Below the pieces are notes generated by a model. It searched no databases. It worked only from the letters and a program-made list of their open reading frames with translations, and was not told the DNA's origin. This document shows, one piece after another, positions 20,459-31,240 of a stretch of DNA of 64,000 nucleotides. Source of the DNA: Escherichia phage 241; sequence record OR924452, one strand, 5' to 3'. The translations under genes and the position numbers were made by a program. The number at the start of each line of letters is the position of its first letter. Positions within the stretch are counted from its first letter, which is position 1.

Positions 20459-21268
20459 TTACACCACAGCCAGTTCACAACGGGCGGAAGTTACAGAATG
20501 GCCGTCCGCGTCTTCTACAACACACCAGTACTCACCCTCAGAAGCAGCGGTGACAGCGTGGTTGACCAGAGACGCAGTCGCTGCTGTTGGGTTAACACCA
20601 GCATCAATCACCACACCTTCGCCGCCAGGGGTGTCAGAGTAATACCACACATAAGAGTACGGCGCGGTGCCGCCAGCAGCAACGATAGTGAATGTCGCAT
20701 CAGCGCCGTCGGCCACGTCCTGAGAAGCAGCCAGATCGGTTGTCAACGACAACAACCCTGCGACGGTAATGACGGTGGAATCGGTGTGATTTCCTTCTAC
20801 AGTAACACCATAAACTGTAACAGAACCAGACTGAAGCAGTTTGAATTTACCACCGCCGATATGAATCGCCTTCGTCAGGTCGCCAGAATACCAGTTAACC
20901 CCTTGATATGTTGCGTTCGCAGGGGCAACAGTGGCCAGCAATTCAACGATTTGGCCTATTTCCCCGCTGGCAGTAGCCGGAGTAATGGCCAGACCCGTGG
21001 TCAGAACAGCAGTCGGATCATGGATTTCATAAGAAACCTGGAAACCTACTGGCTTGGTCGGATCAACTTTGGTGACACCGTCCGCTTGCAGATTGCTTTT
21101 GGTCAGCAATGCATCAAGACCTTTACATTCGGTCAAGATTTCATCAGGATCTTGATTTAGGCTGGTTTTTTGCCAACCCTTTGCAACACCCGTCACGACA
21201 TGATTGCGTTCGGTTTCCGGTTTGTTGCGGACAACTTCCGGCGCGACTAATACTGTGATTGTTGGCAT
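20459..21268 (-). CDS. Ig-like (Big_2-type) domain protein, possible capsid decoration/Hoc-like
   Basis: Thr/Ala/Val-rich beta-strand repeats typical of Ig-like domains; start set at ATG 21268 with GGAGG SD. Confidence 0.5.
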   Translation of the reverse strand: MPTITVLVAPEVVRNKPETERNHVVTGVAKGWQKTSLNQDPDEILTECKGLDALLTKSNLQADGVTKVDPTKPVGFQVSYEIHDPTAVLTTGLAITPATASGEIGQIVELLATVAPANATYQGVNWYSGDLTKAIHIGGGKFKLLQSGSVTVYGVTVEGNHTDSTVITVAGLLSLTTDLAASQDVADGADATFTIVAAGGTAPYSYVWYYSDTPGGEGVVIDAGVNPTAATASLVNHAVTAASEGEYWCVVEDADGHSVTSARCELAVV

Positions 21269-21639
21269 GGTTTCCTCCACTCATCCAAATCGTTGTTCAG
21301 AGCCATCATCAGCTCGTTATCTGGTTCGTATGAACCGGAACATAAATCATCTCTCCAAACTCCTAACGTCAACAGCGCTGCCTTTAGACGAGGATGTTGG
21401 TTCTTATCCGTTTTCAACACCAGCATTCGACACACAGCTTCAGTTTCGAAAGTATTGAAAAGAATAATCAATTGATTGATAAGCACACGAGGACTTTTCC
21501 CTGGCACAAATCTCTTCAATGATTGATTAATTAGCGAAATTCGCTGAATGTCTACCATCAAATCATCCCGTGAGACACCAGCAGTGATATAGTGTCTCAG
21601 GGCATATTCCATCAAATTGCTTTCGTCAACGATAGCCAT
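21247..21639 (-). CDS. hypothetical protein (130 aa)
   Basis: ORF. Confidence 0.4.
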   Translation of the reverse strand: MAIVDESNLMEYALRHYITAGVSRDDLMVDIQRISLINQSLKRFVPGKSPRVLINQLIILFNTFETEAVCRMLVLKTDKNQHPRLKAALLTLGVWRDDLCSGSYEPDNELMMALNNDLDEWRKPCQQSQY

Positions 21640-21671
21640 ATTGAATTATAATCAGCAGTTATACACTGGGA

Positions 21672-22082
21672 TTATTTAATCTGGAGTTTTTCAGTCAATT
21701 GAGCAATAATTTCATTCCGGTCGGTAGAAACAATTCCCAAAGGTTCGGCCAATGTTTTAAGATCATTGATGTCAAGCAAGAGAAGGACTTCAACCGTAAT
21801 ATCGGTGGATACCACAGTGCCTGGTTTCATAGGCTTACCGAACTTGTCTAGCCCATATCGACGTAAAGTACCCGCCAGCCCCGTAAGTTCCGCGAGAAGC
21901 TCCTTCGTGCCGTCTTTGTATTCACAGACCCAACCGTAGTCACCAGCATAAACGACGCCACCGTCGCCCCCCTGAGGGATGTTATCCACCACACGCTGGA
22001 GATAACTTGGGAGTTTGTTTTCTTCCTGGGCGGTGATTTCCTGGGAAGTTTGGGTATTTTCAATTTTCTTTGGTGTCTTCGC
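21672..22082 (-). CDS. hypothetical protein (136 aa)
   Basis: Start set at ATG 22082 (MAKTPKK) with AGGAGAA SD. Confidence 0.4.
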   Translation of the reverse strand, partial: AKTPKKIENTQTSQEITAQEENKLPSYLQRVVDNIPQGGDGGVVYAGDYGWVCEYKDGTKELLAELTGLAGTLRRYGLDKFGKPMKPGTVVSTDITVEVLLLLDINDLKTLAEPLGIVSTDRNEIIAQLTEKLQIK

Positions 22083-22359
22083 CATGATCAGTTCTCCTAT
22101 AGACTGTAATGTATTTACCACAGCAATTGCAGCAATAAACGTGCATGGAATATCCGTCGTCATTGAAATCACACCCACCACAACGACAGAACAATTTCAC
22201 AAACTGGTCACCACTGACTTCTCTTGGAGGAAAATTCTTAAACGAGTATTCTCTGAGTTCACCCTCAAATTGGAATGAATCAACAAGGAACTTTGTTTTT
22301 CGGCGCAGTGATCCAAATGCCTGTTGCTCATACACGAAGTAAACATCTCTGGTTTCCAT
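22060..22359 (-). CDS. Cys-rich small protein (99 aa), possible zinc ribbon
   Basis: CRCGGC and CCNCCGK clusters. Confidence 0.35.
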   Translation of the reverse strand: METRDVYFVYEQQAFGSLRRKTKFLVDSFQFEGELREYSFKNFPPREVSGDQFVKLFCRCGGCDFNDDGYSMHVYCCNCCGKYITVYRRTDHGEDTKEN

Positions 22360-22374
22360 ATCAACCTCAAAGAA

Positions 22375-22400
22375 AAGGAGGCCGAAGCCCCCTCTTTTAT
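22375..22400 (-). terminator. terminator-like GC hairpin with U-run after rIIB-like gene
   Basis: GGAGGCCGAAGCCCCCCTC followed by T-tract. Confidence 0.35.
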
Positions 22401-22412
22401 GTCAGTTCGCGG

Positions 22413-23996
22413 TTACTTGTACAGACCGTCAACGTCAATAGATTTATGTTGGCGGTTGTATTCCGTGGTGTAGTCATCCAACACGAGGTATTCACAGCAG
22501 CGGATTTTACTAGAACCGTAATCATCAGTGATAGACACGATGTCTTTCGGGTTCAGCTTACAACGCACAACCCGCTGGCCCAGGCTACCGAAACATTGTT
22601 TCAGATACGCCAGAGAACAAACGTGAAGACCATAGGAGCACAGGTCTTTGTTGTTATCGTTCACGAATGAGCGAGCCATCCGGACGATAGTGCCAGGTGC
22701 GTTGCTGACTTTACCTGTGCGCTTATCCATATAATTTCCGCGAACGGATTTGTATAGAATAATGTCGCCGTCTTCATGAATCTCAATGTCTGAGTATGCC
22801 ATGAATTCATAGATCCGACCAGACTGAACCAGCGCGGCGCTCGGGTTTTGGAACATCTTGTCAAGGAAACGGCCCAAGCGTTCCAAGTTCGGATAATCGC
22901 CTTTTAATGCCAAAGCCAAAATGCGTTTGGCAACGGAAGTTCCGGTGATATCATAGCCACCCCAGCGAACACGGTTGTCTGAAAGATCAACCATGCCTGT
23001 AGTGAATTGTTTGATGGCTTCACGCGGTTTCATCAGAGTGTAAGCTGTTTTGACGTCACGATTTTTAATCGCTTCAACAATACGGTCATACGCCTGGTGG
23101 CTCGTTGTGATCGTTTCCGGTTTACCATCGACCACAATCACGATACTTTCCGGCAAAATCATGATCTGGTGTTCGTTCAGGAACACAGACAGTTCTTTTT
23201 CATTAAATGAATTCTGAGTTTGCTTGTCGCCTGTTTCTTCAACAACTGCAACCGTCTTGACCACGAATAATACGGATGACAATGCCAGACGAAGTGTACG
23301 GCCTAAAATTGCATCAAAGTAACCCACGCGCCGACGGGCATCAAGGGAACCGCGCATCGGATATGTTTCACCGTCATGCTGTACGCTGATTTTCACACCA
23401 TCATTGACTTTAACCACGCCATCAACCAATGCAGTAGCCAGTTCTGCTAACGGCGAAATATTTTCTTCATTGAAGCGGCTTGACCGAGTTTCTAACGGTT
23501 TCAGTTCTTCGCTTCTGAAAAGTTTGGCCTGAATAGCAGCAGAGCTATCATAACGCATACAGATAAACACTGTTTGGTTTTCCAGGAAACGGCCAACATA
23601 CCATTCTTCGCCTTCAGAATCGACAGACACCGAACCTTCCAGAACTTCATAGGTGTCGGGGATTTTGCCTTCTTCAGTCAATTCTTTAATTGGCGAAATC
23701 ACGACCACGTTATTAGATTCTTTGATGATACGAACCATCAGGGCGCGGGCAATTGTTTTGGCACTGACACCATAAACTGATGCCAGAGAAGAATTGCTTT
23801 CACCTTTGCTGCTCTTGGTTTGTATTTCTTGAATCTGTTCGGTGGTCAGAGACTTAATCGAAGCCGGATCCACTCCCAGTTCTTTATCCGACACGCGTTG
23901 TATCATTGAGCGCGGTACGCCCAATTCACTGGCTATTGAACTTTGACTTCTGTTCTCATTCAACAGCTTGAGAATACGTTTTTCTATAGCATTCAT
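22413..23996 (-). CDS. rIIB: rIIB-like protein (527 aa)
   Basis: Immediately downstream of rIIA-like gene as in T4; N-terminal HTH-like segment; assignment by synteny. Confidence 0.4.
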   Translation of the reverse strand: MNAIEKRILKLLNENRSQSSIASELGVPRSMIQRVSDKELGVDPASIKSLTTEQIQEIQTKSSKGESNSSLASVYGVSAKTIARALMVRIIKESNNVVVISPIKELTEEGKIPDTYEVLEGSVSVDSEGEEWYVGRFLENQTVFICMRYDSSAAIQAKLFRSEELKPLETRSSRFNEENISPLAELATALVDGVVKVNDGVKISVQHDGETYPMRGSLDARRRVGYFDAILGRTLRLALSSVLFVVKTVAVVEETGDKQTQNSFNEKELSVFLNEHQIMILPESIVIVVDGKPETITTSHQAYDRIVEAIKNRDVKTAYTLMKPREAIKQFTTGMVDLSDNRVRWGGYDITGTSVAKRILALALKGDYPNLERLGRFLDKMFQNPSAALVQSGRIYEFMAYSDIEIHEDGDIILYKSVRGNYMDKRTGKVSNAPGTIVRMARSFVNDNNKDLCSYGLHVCSLAYLKQCFGSLGQRVVRCKLNPKDIVSITDDYGSSKIRCCEYLVLDDYTTEYNRQHKSIDVDGLYK

Positions 23997-24028
23997 CTTG
24001 TAGTTCTCACTGTGGGGTAATGGGGCTA

Positions 24029-26770
24029 TTATGCCCCGAGAATACGTTTTGAAATAGCCTTCACAAATCTAGTGGCATCTTCAATCGCATTATGCGCCGT
24101 TGGCTGATATTTTGACATCATGAATTTCACCAAACGATGACATTCAACTCGGTATCGGTTTTTGGCCTTTTGCTTTTGAGATATAGTGCTAGTGACCTTT
24201 ATCTCATCAAATCCTTCAGCAGTTAATTTTTCATTCAATAAATCAACAACTTGAGTTAACTGGTTACAGGCGCGGAAAAATCTCGTAGTTGAGAAAGGCA
24301 TTTCTATACGATAATGTAATTCCTCAACAGCCTTGCGGAAATAACCATACCCCGATCCAGACGGGTTTCGTTTGGCCAGCATACGAACAACCTTCCATTC
24401 TTCTTCAGTGATTTGTTGTTTCGCATAACCGATGATTGCTTTTGCCCTGTGTTGATGATGAGCATAGCCATCCGTAACTTCTCCATGGGAATCAATCAAC
24501 AGCTTGGCACCATAATCAATGCGATGAGACATGATGTTTATGCCCTTGCGAAGTTTCAGGAGTTTCTTAGATTCAAGCGCCTGAAATTCATCTTTATAAT
24601 GCTCAAGCAACATATCAAACACTGCGTCAATGGGGATGAATACTTCTGGGAATTTCTTCATCATCGGAACAGATTTACGACGCGCAAGAACGATTGTTGG
24701 ATGCGCTCCCAGCAAATCAAACATGTTTTCGTTTCCATTCTCGCCGAACTTCGTTCTTTCCATCGCTTCACGCAAATGTCCAGCCGTGGATTGTCGTAAG
24801 GTATTACCATGAATTTTATGGATACCTTCTCGGCCAGATACTTCGATATATACGATCTTTTTGCCTGAATCAATAATATCTGAAACGGTTTTTCCATCTA
24901 ATTCATAAACGCTGTCGAAGTTAAATGAATTGTAATAGAAACTAAACATCCCAGGATCTTTTTCAACGGTCGGACGAACATATTCCATTTCGTGCATGAA
25001 ATAGACTTCATCCGGATTGAATAAATCGCCAAAAACCTCGATCAGTTTATCGGCAAAGACCAGGTAGTCCGGCGTTGTTTCTTGTACACCGATCCATGAT
25101 TCAAAATAAGACTTCAATTCCTCATGGTTGGTAAATGATTCTTTATGTGCCGCCAGCTGATTCCGATTACTGAAATAATTTTCATTTGGTTTGACGACGA
25201 TAACGACATTGAAGTTATTGCGTGCTGTTTGTATCTTCAGGTTTCGAGCACGATTCGAGTTATCAATAATAACAGCAATTTTTGATTTAGATTTCAACCA
25301 ATTTCCGACAGAGTTCACATAAATGCTGTCGTGTACTACACCGTCGTCGTGTACTTCAATTTCGTAAGGACTACCAATAGACCGGAAAGGTGCATCCACA
25401 GAGTAATCGCGCACGACGTCCGGCGCTCCGATATAACGGAACGTGCCTTTGTAGAAACGGTTATCTGCAGGAAATTCTCGCTCCACTAATTTACGGAAAC
25501 CACTACCGAACATATCGGTCAATTGAGCCTTCTTCATATAAAGCATAAGAGGACCCATAGATTCGGCCTGGCGAAGTTCATACATCTTCGCCTGCATAAT
25601 ATTGTCAGCCACATATTTGAACACTCGGTTCAGGCTTTCACGGGTGAACTCGTCATATGACAAGTCTTCACGCGATGGAGGAACATTCAATTCTCCAAGT
25701 TCAAAGAATGTATAAGAACTCGGGAATTTCTCCAGCACCGAACGTATTTCAGAATCCAATTGCTCAAGATCTATCGGATAAGAAACCCCGCCCATAACAG
25801 CATAGTGGGTATTATCAGAATCAGACTTCGGCTGAATATACGTGTTGCCCACACGGTTTTCAAAATTGATGTCCTGCCAGCGGAAAGAATAACTGGCATT
25901 TTCAACCTTCGGGCGCATTGATGGGCGCATAACTCGACCCAGACGGACCAGTTCTTGTTCAAATGCGGTAAATCGCTGATTCTTTACAGGCACTTTAACA
26001 GTCAGACCATTGAACTCATCAGTGTCTTCTGGTTTCGGATCACGGGTATCCAAATCCTTGGTGATCAGGTCCACAGTAGGAATCCTGTCCGCATTCAGAT
26101 ACATAAGAAAGCGATACAGTTTACCTTCATAACGACTTTCTACAGTAAATGAGTCCGACACTGCAAACGGGGATTTGGAACCCAGACCAAACGCGCCGAT
26201 CTGTCCGTCGTCGTCCTCTTTGGTGCTATGGAAGAGTGTGGTGTACAAACCAGGTCCACGGATGATCTCGCCATCCTCAGCGCGGAATACCAACACCCCA
26301 TTGTAATAACCAGGCGTCCCAATAACAGCAGTGCTGTCAGGGATTTCATCTTCCTTCACAACAATGTTGCCTTCGACAAGCACTTCATCTTCCCGCGCTG
26401 CGATAGGTTCCCCGATAATCATTTCTAACGGAAGGCCAATCCCATAATCCTTGATTTCCAACCATGGTTCCATAACATCAGGTAAATGGACCACAACGGG
26501 CGTCCCTTTGGGAGCAAGATGCTTGCTGTATCTTTGGGGCATAGGGGTAAGAGGGGCATAATGGGACGGCAACCAACGCTGTTGGCGATCACGCATATTA
26601 TGCGAGTCTATACCGTTACATAACGTCTCACGCAAAGATGCGGCCTCTTTATATTTGTAGAGACTTGAGAACAATGTTTCAAATAATTTATCCGTCATCT
26701 TGACATTAAATGTCTGTCCGACGATAGTGGAAGAAGAGCGCACGAAATGCTCGGACTTGCGCATTTTCAT
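24029..26770 (-). CDS. rIIA: rIIA-like protein with GHKL-type ATPase domain (913 aa)
   Basis: N-terminal GHKL motifs (DYGIGLP ... GAFGLGSKSPF); size and position next to topoisomerase genes. Confidence 0.55.
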   Translation of the reverse strand: MKMRKSEHFVRSSSTIVGQTFNVKMTDKLFETLFSSLYKYKEAASLRETLCNGIDSHNMRDRQQRWLPSHYAPLTPMPQRYSKHLAPKGTPVVVHLPDVMEPWLEIKDYGIGLPLEMIIGEPIAAREDEVLVEGNIVVKEDEIPDSTAVIGTPGYYNGVLVFRAEDGEIIRGPGLYTTLFHSTKEDDDGQIGAFGLGSKSPFAVSDSFTVESRYEGKLYRFLMYLNADRIPTVDLITKDLDTRDPKPEDTDEFNGLTVKVPVKNQRFTAFEQELVRLGRVMRPSMRPKVENASYSFRWQDINFENRVGNTYIQPKSDSDNTHYAVMGGVSYPIDLEQLDSEIRSVLEKFPSSYTFFELGELNVPPSREDLSYDEFTRESLNRVFKYVADNIMQAKMYELRQAESMGPLMLYMKKAQLTDMFGSGFRKLVEREFPADNRFYKGTFRYIGAPDVVRDYSVDAPFRSIGSPYEIEVHDDGVVHDSIYVNSVGNWLKSKSKIAVIIDNSNRARNLKIQTARNNFNVVIVVKPNENYFSNRNQLAAHKESFTNHEELKSYFESWIGVQETTPDYLVFADKLIEVFGDLFNPDEVYFMHEMEYVRPTVEKDPGMFSFYYNSFNFDSVYELDGKTVSDIIDSGKKIVYIEVSGREGIHKIHGNTLRQSTAGHLREAMERTKFGENGNENMFDLLGAHPTIVLARRKSVPMMKKFPEVFIPIDAVFDMLLEHYKDEFQALESKKLLKLRKGINIMSHRIDYGAKLLIDSHGEVTDGYAHHQHRAKAIIGYAKQQITEEEWKVVRMLAKRNPSGSGYGYFRKAVEELHYRIEMPFSTTRFFRACNQLTQVVDLLNEKLTAEGFDEIKVTSTISQKQKAKNRYRVECHRLVKFMMSKYQPTAHNAIEDATRFVKAISKRILGA

Positions 26771-26844
26771 AGTATAGAATTCCTATTCAGTTTCAAAGGG
26801 AAACACATTATTGGGTAATGGGTATGATACTGGTGGGAGACTCA

Positions 26845-26870
26845 ATAGAAAAAGCCTCCAAAAGGAGGCT
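26845..26870 (-). terminator. rho-independent terminator (AGCCUCC-uuuu-GGAGGCU + U-run)
   Basis: Perfect 7-bp stem after stop of 26881..27234. Confidence 0.45.
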
Positions 26871-26880
26871 TTAATCAGGT

Positions 26881-27234
26881 TTAATTCTGGATGACATTTA
26901 CAACAGCGGCGTTAAAGTTGAATATCGGATGTGTAGCGCCTGGTTCTAACGTTTCTTCCAGATAACCCGCGATATTCCGCACCACAGTTTTAGGCTCAGA
27001 ACGTGAAGGCTTCGTTGCGCCAAGTTCAATGATACTGGAAGTAACCTGTTCGACTTGGGTGTGAGTCACAACAAAATGGTAACGGCTACCAAATGCCGCA
27101 ACTTCAACTTCTGTAATTTCCAAATCACTCAATTCAGAGCTGTTCAACTGCTTCACATTCAATTGTGAACGAAGGTGTTCCACAATGTTGCTATAAACAT
27201 ATTGTGGTGTGATCAGCTGTTCAATAGAACTCAT
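26881..27234 (-). CDS. hypothetical protein (117 aa)
   Basis: ORF. Confidence 0.4.
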   Translation of the reverse strand: MSSIEQLITPQYVYSNIVEHLRSQLNVKQLNSSELSDLEITEVEVAAFGSRYHFVVTHTQVEQVTSSIIELGATKPSRSEPKTVVRNIAGYLEETLEPGATHPIFNFNAAVVNVIQN

Positions 27235-27521
27235 GACATATCCTCATTTCTTTGGGGGTTATTGTTACTTAACCGGACGACCTCTGCTCGAAGGAAAATG
27301 ATTTCATCGGCCATTATCTTTCCCTCTTCAAACATCACATGGCAACGTGATAATCTGGGTTCGCCTTCAGATAATGCGTGAAGACGATATTCAGGGATGA
27401 CATCATTTACGGCGTTTCTTTTTGTTCTTTCCATGCGTCTTGGCCTTTTTAGGACGGCTAACGGAAGGACGGGCATGCCCAGGCTCCCCAGGGGTACAAC
27501 CTTGGGCGTAACGTTGGTCAT
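27231..27521 (-). CDS. hypothetical protein (96 aa)
   Basis: ATGA overlap with downstream gene. Confidence 0.3.
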   Translation of the reverse strand: MTNVTPKVVPLGSLGMPVLPLAVLKRPRRMERTKRNAVNDVIPEYRLHALSEGEPRLSRCHVMFEEGKIMADEIIFLRAEVVRLSNNNPQRNEDMS

Positions 27522-27601
27522 CCCAGAGGCGTCCTTTGTGAGACATATCTTCAGCCATCGCGGACAAGGCGAGGGTTGCTACAGCTGCAGCAGATAATGG
27601 T

Positions 27602-28048
27602 TTAGACATCTGTTTCTCCTTTTGCTGCATATGCCAGTGCTTTTACGATCATCACGGCCAGTCCGATTGGATCGTACATGTTATCGAATTCTTGTTCTAC
27701 AATCTGACGTATTTCATCAGAAGATTGTACTTCGGAGCAGTTCTTGCTCTGTCTACGTTGTTCTTGCTCAACGAGGTCTTTGAACAGAAGGTCTTTGAAA
27801 GAATACTCATCGAAGTTTTCCAGATACTGCTGGATACTTGGTTGTTTCGCATCCATCGTTCTACGCAGATTGCTGATAGTTGAACTCGCCTGTTCGCGGT
27901 GTTTGTTCATAACGGAAAAGTTCACGGGTTGTCCCCAAGCGTTCGTCACTGTGTTGGAACACACTTGTCCGAAGAGATCTTGGAAGGCGTCATCCAGATG
28001 AATCAGCGCGGCGGCCAGTTCATCATAAGTTGGTTTTTGAGCAGTCAT
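27602..28048 (-). CDS. hypothetical protein (148 aa)
   Basis: ORF. Confidence 0.4.
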   Translation of the reverse strand: MTAQKPTYDELAAALIHLDDAFQDLFGQVCSNTVTNAWGQPVNFSVMNKHREQASSTISNLRRTMDAKQPSIQQYLENFDEYSFKDLLFKDLVEQEQRRQSKNCSEVQSSDEIRQIVEQEFDNMYDPIGLAVMIVKALAYAAKGETDV

Positions 28049-28428
28049 TTTCGTTTATTCCTATTTTTAGATTTCTTGGCTTGACGTTTATGCTGGGCGG
28101 CTCCATACAAGCGCGGAGGCTTTTGATAACGCTGTGAGGCAATTATATCCCTGTAGTCGGCTTCGGCTTCACAGCAAGAAACATCCGTTCTTCGTAATTG
28201 TGCGACCGCTTGTGACACCAGCATTTTACGTTCGCTTTCTACCAGGTCATCACAAATTATCATGCGCTCGCCTGGTTCACAACGACGTTTGGGAATGTCG
28301 TCAACACTGATGCATTCCACCTCAACGCCTTTCAATTTTTCTTGAAGGATGATGGCCATAGTACGAGCGCCCACCCCTCCTCCAATAATTGCAATCTTTC
28401 TTGGCTTGTCAGACATAATACATTCCAT
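28045..28428 (-). CDS. hypothetical protein (127 aa) with IAIIGGGVGA glycine-rich motif and Lys/Arg-rich tail
   Basis: ORF; motif read from translation. Confidence 0.4.
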   Translation of the reverse strand: MECIMSDKPRKIAIIGGGVGARTMAIILQEKLKGVEVECISVDDIPKRRCEPGERMIICDDLVESERKMLVSQAVAQLRRTDVSCCEAEADYRDIIASQRYQKPPRLYGAAQHKRQAKKSKNRNKRK

Positions 28429-28430
28429 AA

Positions 28431-28476
28431 AAAAGAGGATAGAGCAATAATACCCTATCCCCCTTTATTGAAGAAC
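28431..28476 (-). terminator. rho-independent terminator preceded by conserved CGTTCTTCAATAAAGGGG motif
   Basis: Hairpin GGATAG...CTATCC then UCUUUUUU on minus strand, directly after stop at 28479. Confidence 0.45.
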
Positions 28477-28478
28477 GA

Positions 28479-28904
28479 TTAGTCTTTGGATTCTACTTTA
28501 TCACCGCGCAGATCCTGGACGGGTTTGCCATCCGGCGACATGATGTATATGGTGTTAATTGTCTCAAACCAAGACAATTCATCAACTCCTTCAGTGTATG
28601 GAGTTACCGGAACTGAAGTTTTGATATGATCACCATCGTTATTTGGGGCACCATCAGACTTCAGCACTGGCTCCAGGAAGGCGAAACGGCCATTTGGATA
28701 AATCACCCCGCCTTTGAACATGCGAATCTTCTTACGAGGATTATTCGCCTCGCCAAGGCACACCACCAGATGATGGATCATCTCAGGACGGGTAAGCAAC
28801 GTGTCGTCACGGATGATCCCCTGTTTGATAGCAGAGATCACCACTTCATCCAACAAAGCCTGTTGCTGTTCCAGAGTCAAAGATTCAGTAAGTTTCACGC
28901 TCAT
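28479..28904 (-). CDS. hypothetical protein (141 aa)
   Basis: ORF. Confidence 0.4.
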   Translation of the reverse strand: MSVKLTESLTLEQQQALLDEVVISAIKQGIIRDDTLLTRPEMIHHLVVCLGEANNPRKKIRMFKGGVIYPNGRFAFLEPVLKSDGAPNNDGDHIKTSVPVTPYTEGVDELSWFETINTIYIMSPDGKPVQDLRGDKVESKD

Positions 28905-28907
28905 GGT

Positions 28908-29477
28908 CTAACCTTTGAAATTAATTGGGTTCTGAACCCCAGAGTCAAACGCGGCCTGGGTACGGGTATCGCTCACCACCTGACAGGTCTTGTCAAGATC
29001 GATGCGAGGGTATCCAAAGATGCCAGCAATGACAGATCCAGGGAACTGGCCGAGTTTGGTTTCATAGATAGCACACGCGTCCAATTTCTTTGTCTGGCTG
29101 ATACGGAATTCATCACGTCCTGAACTGATGACCACCTGAATTTCTTTGTACAGGCTTGAATCAAACTGGATGTTCTGTTCCTGGATCCATTGCATAACCG
29201 CCTTTGAACCATCAGCACCATAACGACCCTGGAAAGTATCTTTGATCACTTCTTTCAGACCGTCTTTGTACAGGCCAGGTATCTGAGCCGTCTCTTGTAC
29301 TTTGTTTGTATAGTTGCTCAGATGGTTTTCAGAATCTTTATTGAACTTTTTGACTTGCTGTTCAATACGATTGAAATCATTGAAATAACTGACGAAACTA
29401 CCAACACCGATTACAACAAAAGCCAGAATCGCCAAACCGATGATCCAACCAATTGAAATACCTTTACGCTGCGACAT
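28908..29477 (-). CDS. membrane-anchored protein (189 aa)
   Basis: N-terminal transmembrane helix. Confidence 0.4.
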   Translation of the reverse strand: MSQRKGISIGWIIGLAILAFVVIGVGSFVSYFNDFNRIEQQVKKFNKDSENHLSNYTNKVQETAQIPGLYKDGLKEVIKDTFQGRYGADGSKAVMQWIQEQNIQFDSSLYKEIQVVISSGRDEFRISQTKKLDACAIYETKLGQFPGSVIAGIFGYPRIDLDKTCQVVSDTRTQAAFDSGVQNPINFKG

Positions 29478-29492
29478 CTTTACTTCCTCTTG

Positions 29493-30602
29493 TTAAAACA
29501 AACGTTTGTAAGTGCGACCATTGTACTGCATATGGCCTAATATGAAAATTGCGGTAAACGGAACACAACCTAATAAAACGACGATAATCACTTCCCATGT
29601 CTTGAGGTCACGCCATTTCAGATACTCCATTTCCTTCATTTCAACGCGGTTATATCCTTTGCTGATATTGACTGCAACTTCTTGGAATACTGATATCCCC
29701 ATGGGTTTGCCAGTCAATGAAAGACCGTTTCGGGAATGAAGTTCCATGTTATTCATCCCATCAGCAAATGACGTGGATTTACCCCAATTGATTTTCATAT
29801 CCTTCGATATGTCAGTAACCACAATGACATCGTTCTTTTTACCACCAGACCATGCATATAGCAGCCCCTGAAAATATTCCACAGGCTGGCCAGAAGTCAC
29901 TACCCACACGATATTGACCTGACGTGATGCCCCCAATGTTTTCAAAGTGTTGTTCAGATAATCATTCCAATAATCAACGGGAATATCCATCCCTGACATA
30001 TTCAGAACACGAGTCACCCGATAATAATCATACACCCTTGGATATGACGGGATATGGTCTTTGAACTTCTCAGCGAATTGTTGGTCAGATTTGGAGAATA
30101 ATGAATCTCTGTTCCCTAGCACATAGTTCATATATGCATGTTCGCGCGCTGCAGGTTCTCCGATTTTAACTTGTGTCCAACGTGGAGGCTCTGCAGTACC
30201 CTGGCGATTAATACGGTCAATGCTCAGATCACCGACGGTTGTTAATACGTCCCAATCAACGTCATAAGAGTGCTCATAGCACGTGCTGCAATGACGCGTT
30301 TGTGTACAAGATCGGTTATTTCCTGAACCAGAGCAAGAAGTTGTGTAATAGCACATACATTCATAAGAATGACTACAGCTTACCTTGTTTCGTTGCTTGT
30401 CAGTAACGTATCCATTCAAAATTTCAACATCTCCCGAACTACCCAGGGAAAATGCAGCGTATGCTCCCGCCTGGATAAGACAGGATAATACAACCACTAT
30501 CGCAGTAGCAATTAGCGTTTCTTTTGGTTCATGGGTTTTGCGATGGTAAACCACGAACAATATGGCTAAAATAATAGGGACCACAAACAGAAGGTAAATC
30601 AT
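29493..30602 (-). CDS. membrane protein with Cys-rich ectodomain (369 aa)
   Basis: N- and C-terminal hydrophobic helices; Cys-rich segment CSHSYECMCYY...CSTCYEH. Confidence 0.4.
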   Translation of the reverse strand: MIYLLFVVPIILAILFVVYHRKTHEPKETLIATAIVVVLSCLIQAGAYAAFSLGSSGDVEILNGYVTDKQRNKVSCSHSYECMCYYTTSCSGSGNNRSCTQTRHCSTCYEHSYDVDWDVLTTVGDLSIDRINRQGTAEPPRWTQVKIGEPAAREHAYMNYVLGNRDSLFSKSDQQFAEKFKDHIPSYPRVYDYYRVTRVLNMSGMDIPVDYWNDYLNNTLKTLGASRQVNIVWVVTSGQPVEYFQGLLYAWSGGKKNDVIVVTDISKDMKINWGKSTSFADGMNNMELHSRNGLSLTGKPMGISVFQEVAVNISKGYNRVEMKEMEYLKWRDLKTWEVIIVVLLGCVPFTAIFILGHMQYNGRTYKRLF

Positions 30603-30985
30603 AACACACCATCCACGAGTTGTTCCTTCGTCATACCAAGAAGTTGATTTTTATGACCTGATTCAGCTCCATTTTTCAACAACAGATCCCAACGTTCTTC
30701 ATGATACCGTGGAGTCATTGCATCGTCAAAAGAAACATGGTGGCGATGCATAATTGTTGCAACGGTATGAAGAACGATTGCTGTCGCTCTTTTTAAAGCA
30801 CGTGTATCAGTGATATGGTCTTCATATTCGATACCCATCAAATCGAGTTCTTTCCGAATATATGCAATAGACAAATCACCTTCAGAATGCAATTTAACAA
30901 TAGTCGCTTTCTTAGGATGTAACACGCCGTCTGTTTCTTTCATGAACAGATCGTACAAATATTGTTTGTATTCGGGGCGCATCAT
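30599..30985 (-). CDS. hypothetical protein (128 aa)
   Basis: ORF. Confidence 0.4.
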   Translation of the reverse strand: MMRPEYKQYLYDLFMKETDGVLHPKKATIVKLHSEGDLSIAYIRKELDLMGIEYEDHITDTRALKRATAIVLHTVATIMHRHHVSFDDAMTPRYHEERWDLLLKNGAESGHKNQLLGMTKEQLVDGVL

Positions 30986-31221
30986 CTCGTAATCCCTCCG
31001 GCACAGATAATATTCAGTTCACCGCGACGGAAACCGCCTTGCCCATCGTCCAACTTAGTCAGAAGTGTATGTGCATCTCGAACTTTCTGAGCGAACTCTT
31101 CCGACACCACCAGATGACCCATCAGAGGAGTCTTTTCTTGTTTTGGGGTGGATTCAAAATAGTCACCAAACGTCGCTTCCATATCCAGCACAGACATATC
31201 TTCAATTCGTTGCATTGCCAT
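30982..31221 (-). CDS. hypothetical protein (79 aa)
   Basis: ORF. Confidence 0.35.
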   Translation of the reverse strand: MAMQRIEDMSVLDMEATFGDYFESTPKQEKTPLMGHLVVSEEFAQKVRDAHTLLTKLDDGQGGFRRGELNIICAGGITR

Positions 31222-31240
31222 GATGTATTTCCTTGTAAAA

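Noticed and set aside
27403-27630. Lys/Arg-rich 75-aa minus-strand ORF
   Set aside because: Overlaps two neighbouring ORFs; sequence looks like a low-complexity frame, though a small secreted protein is not excluded.
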